Assembly (NCBI GenBank): GCA_040954595.2
Contig: CM082595.2
Span: 9,005,510-9,069,509, forward strand
From: Balanoglossus misakiensis
Lineage: Eukaryota > Animalia > Hemichordata
DNA length: 64,000 bases
Reading direction: 5' to 3'
Shown here piece after piece: positions 63,320-64,000 of this stretch. Made by a program: the position numbers and the translations under genes. Position 1 is the first letter of the stretch; each line of letters opens with the position of its first letter. The notes beneath the pieces are model-generated. The model saw only the letters and a program-made list of their open reading frames with translations, had not been told where the DNA came from and did no database searches.

Positions 63320-63805
63320 TGAAATTGTTAAATAAATGCAAATTAGCTGGGAAAATTTGAAATTGGTCAAAACCACTGGTCAGATTGATTTGACAATTGG
63401 TATGCAAGTACCTTATGTCAACCACATACAGTCCTGTATTTTGAATAGTTTGAATGTTCTATTTTTATGCATTTTTTGCCTTTTTCCTCATTTTTGGTAA
63501 AACATCTACTTTTCTAAAATTGATGAGACGACTTCTTTGAAATTTAGTATGAAGCTTCATATAGGTGATATGAGTTATCATACTTTTGTTAAAATGTTGC
63601 AAAATTTGCATATTCATAATTTTGGAGCAATTTCGGCCGTTTTTGAATTTTTTTTTTAAACCGGTTGTTACATTGCTTTGAAATTTGTTAGTCATATTAG
63701 GGGTAGCCCAAGTAAGATTTGCATGTATGTTTTTCAAATCAACTTGATGAATTGAATAGTATATTTTTGGGATGATTTTTGCCATTTTCGGTCAAAACTC
63801 TTCTC
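63320..63805 (+). mobile_element. HINE core fragment ('aggtcccat' family, 5' end missing)
   Basis: atgcaaattagctgggaaaa...accactggtcagattga...cagtcctgta...gaaatttagtatgaagcttc matches 51176-51500 and 58495-58830. Confidence 0.6.
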
Positions 63806-64000
63806 AGAACCCCCCACAGTACGTGAAATATCCCATGAATCACTCTGGTTTGTACAACCAGAGATTACTCGGTCAAACCAGGCAAAGTTCACATGTGTAG
63901 AGAAAATTGTAGACCACTAATACAAATTTTGAGAGCATGCTTTAAAGGCGAATCTTATTGTCAATTACCATTTCAAATGATAAACAAAATCATGCATTAT

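Overview
Eukaryotic, AT-rich genomic DNA. The repeat families resemble those of a marine invertebrate, possibly a hemichordate or other deuterostome (inference, low confidence). Bases 1-30398 are the end of a large satellite array built from a 78-bp monomer and indel variants. The array has kilobase-scale higher-order duplications (~1.01, 1.13, 1.29, 3.47 and 4.48 kb), switches diagnostic variants at ~22.7 kb, and ends abruptly at ~30398. All ORFs called in the array are by-products of the repeat. Bases 30.4-64 kb are mostly decayed transposons: TTAA-flanked Kolobok-type MITEs; a ~5.4-kb Helentron/HINE-like element containing a decayed APE-RT LINE (itself split by a Kolobok element) and an L2 3' end; an intron-containing ZNF862-like hAT transposase pseudogene; a ~168-bp tandem array; many DINE-1/HINE-like elements; and a local duplication (48.4-52.3 kb / 54.9-60.1 kb). 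The duplication carries short exon-like cassettes with canonical splice signals, one of them identical in both copies, which may belong to an unannotated spliced transcript. No intact protein-coding gene, rRNA, tRNA, telomeric array or CRISPR is visible. All coordinates and counts were made by eye and may be off by a few bases.
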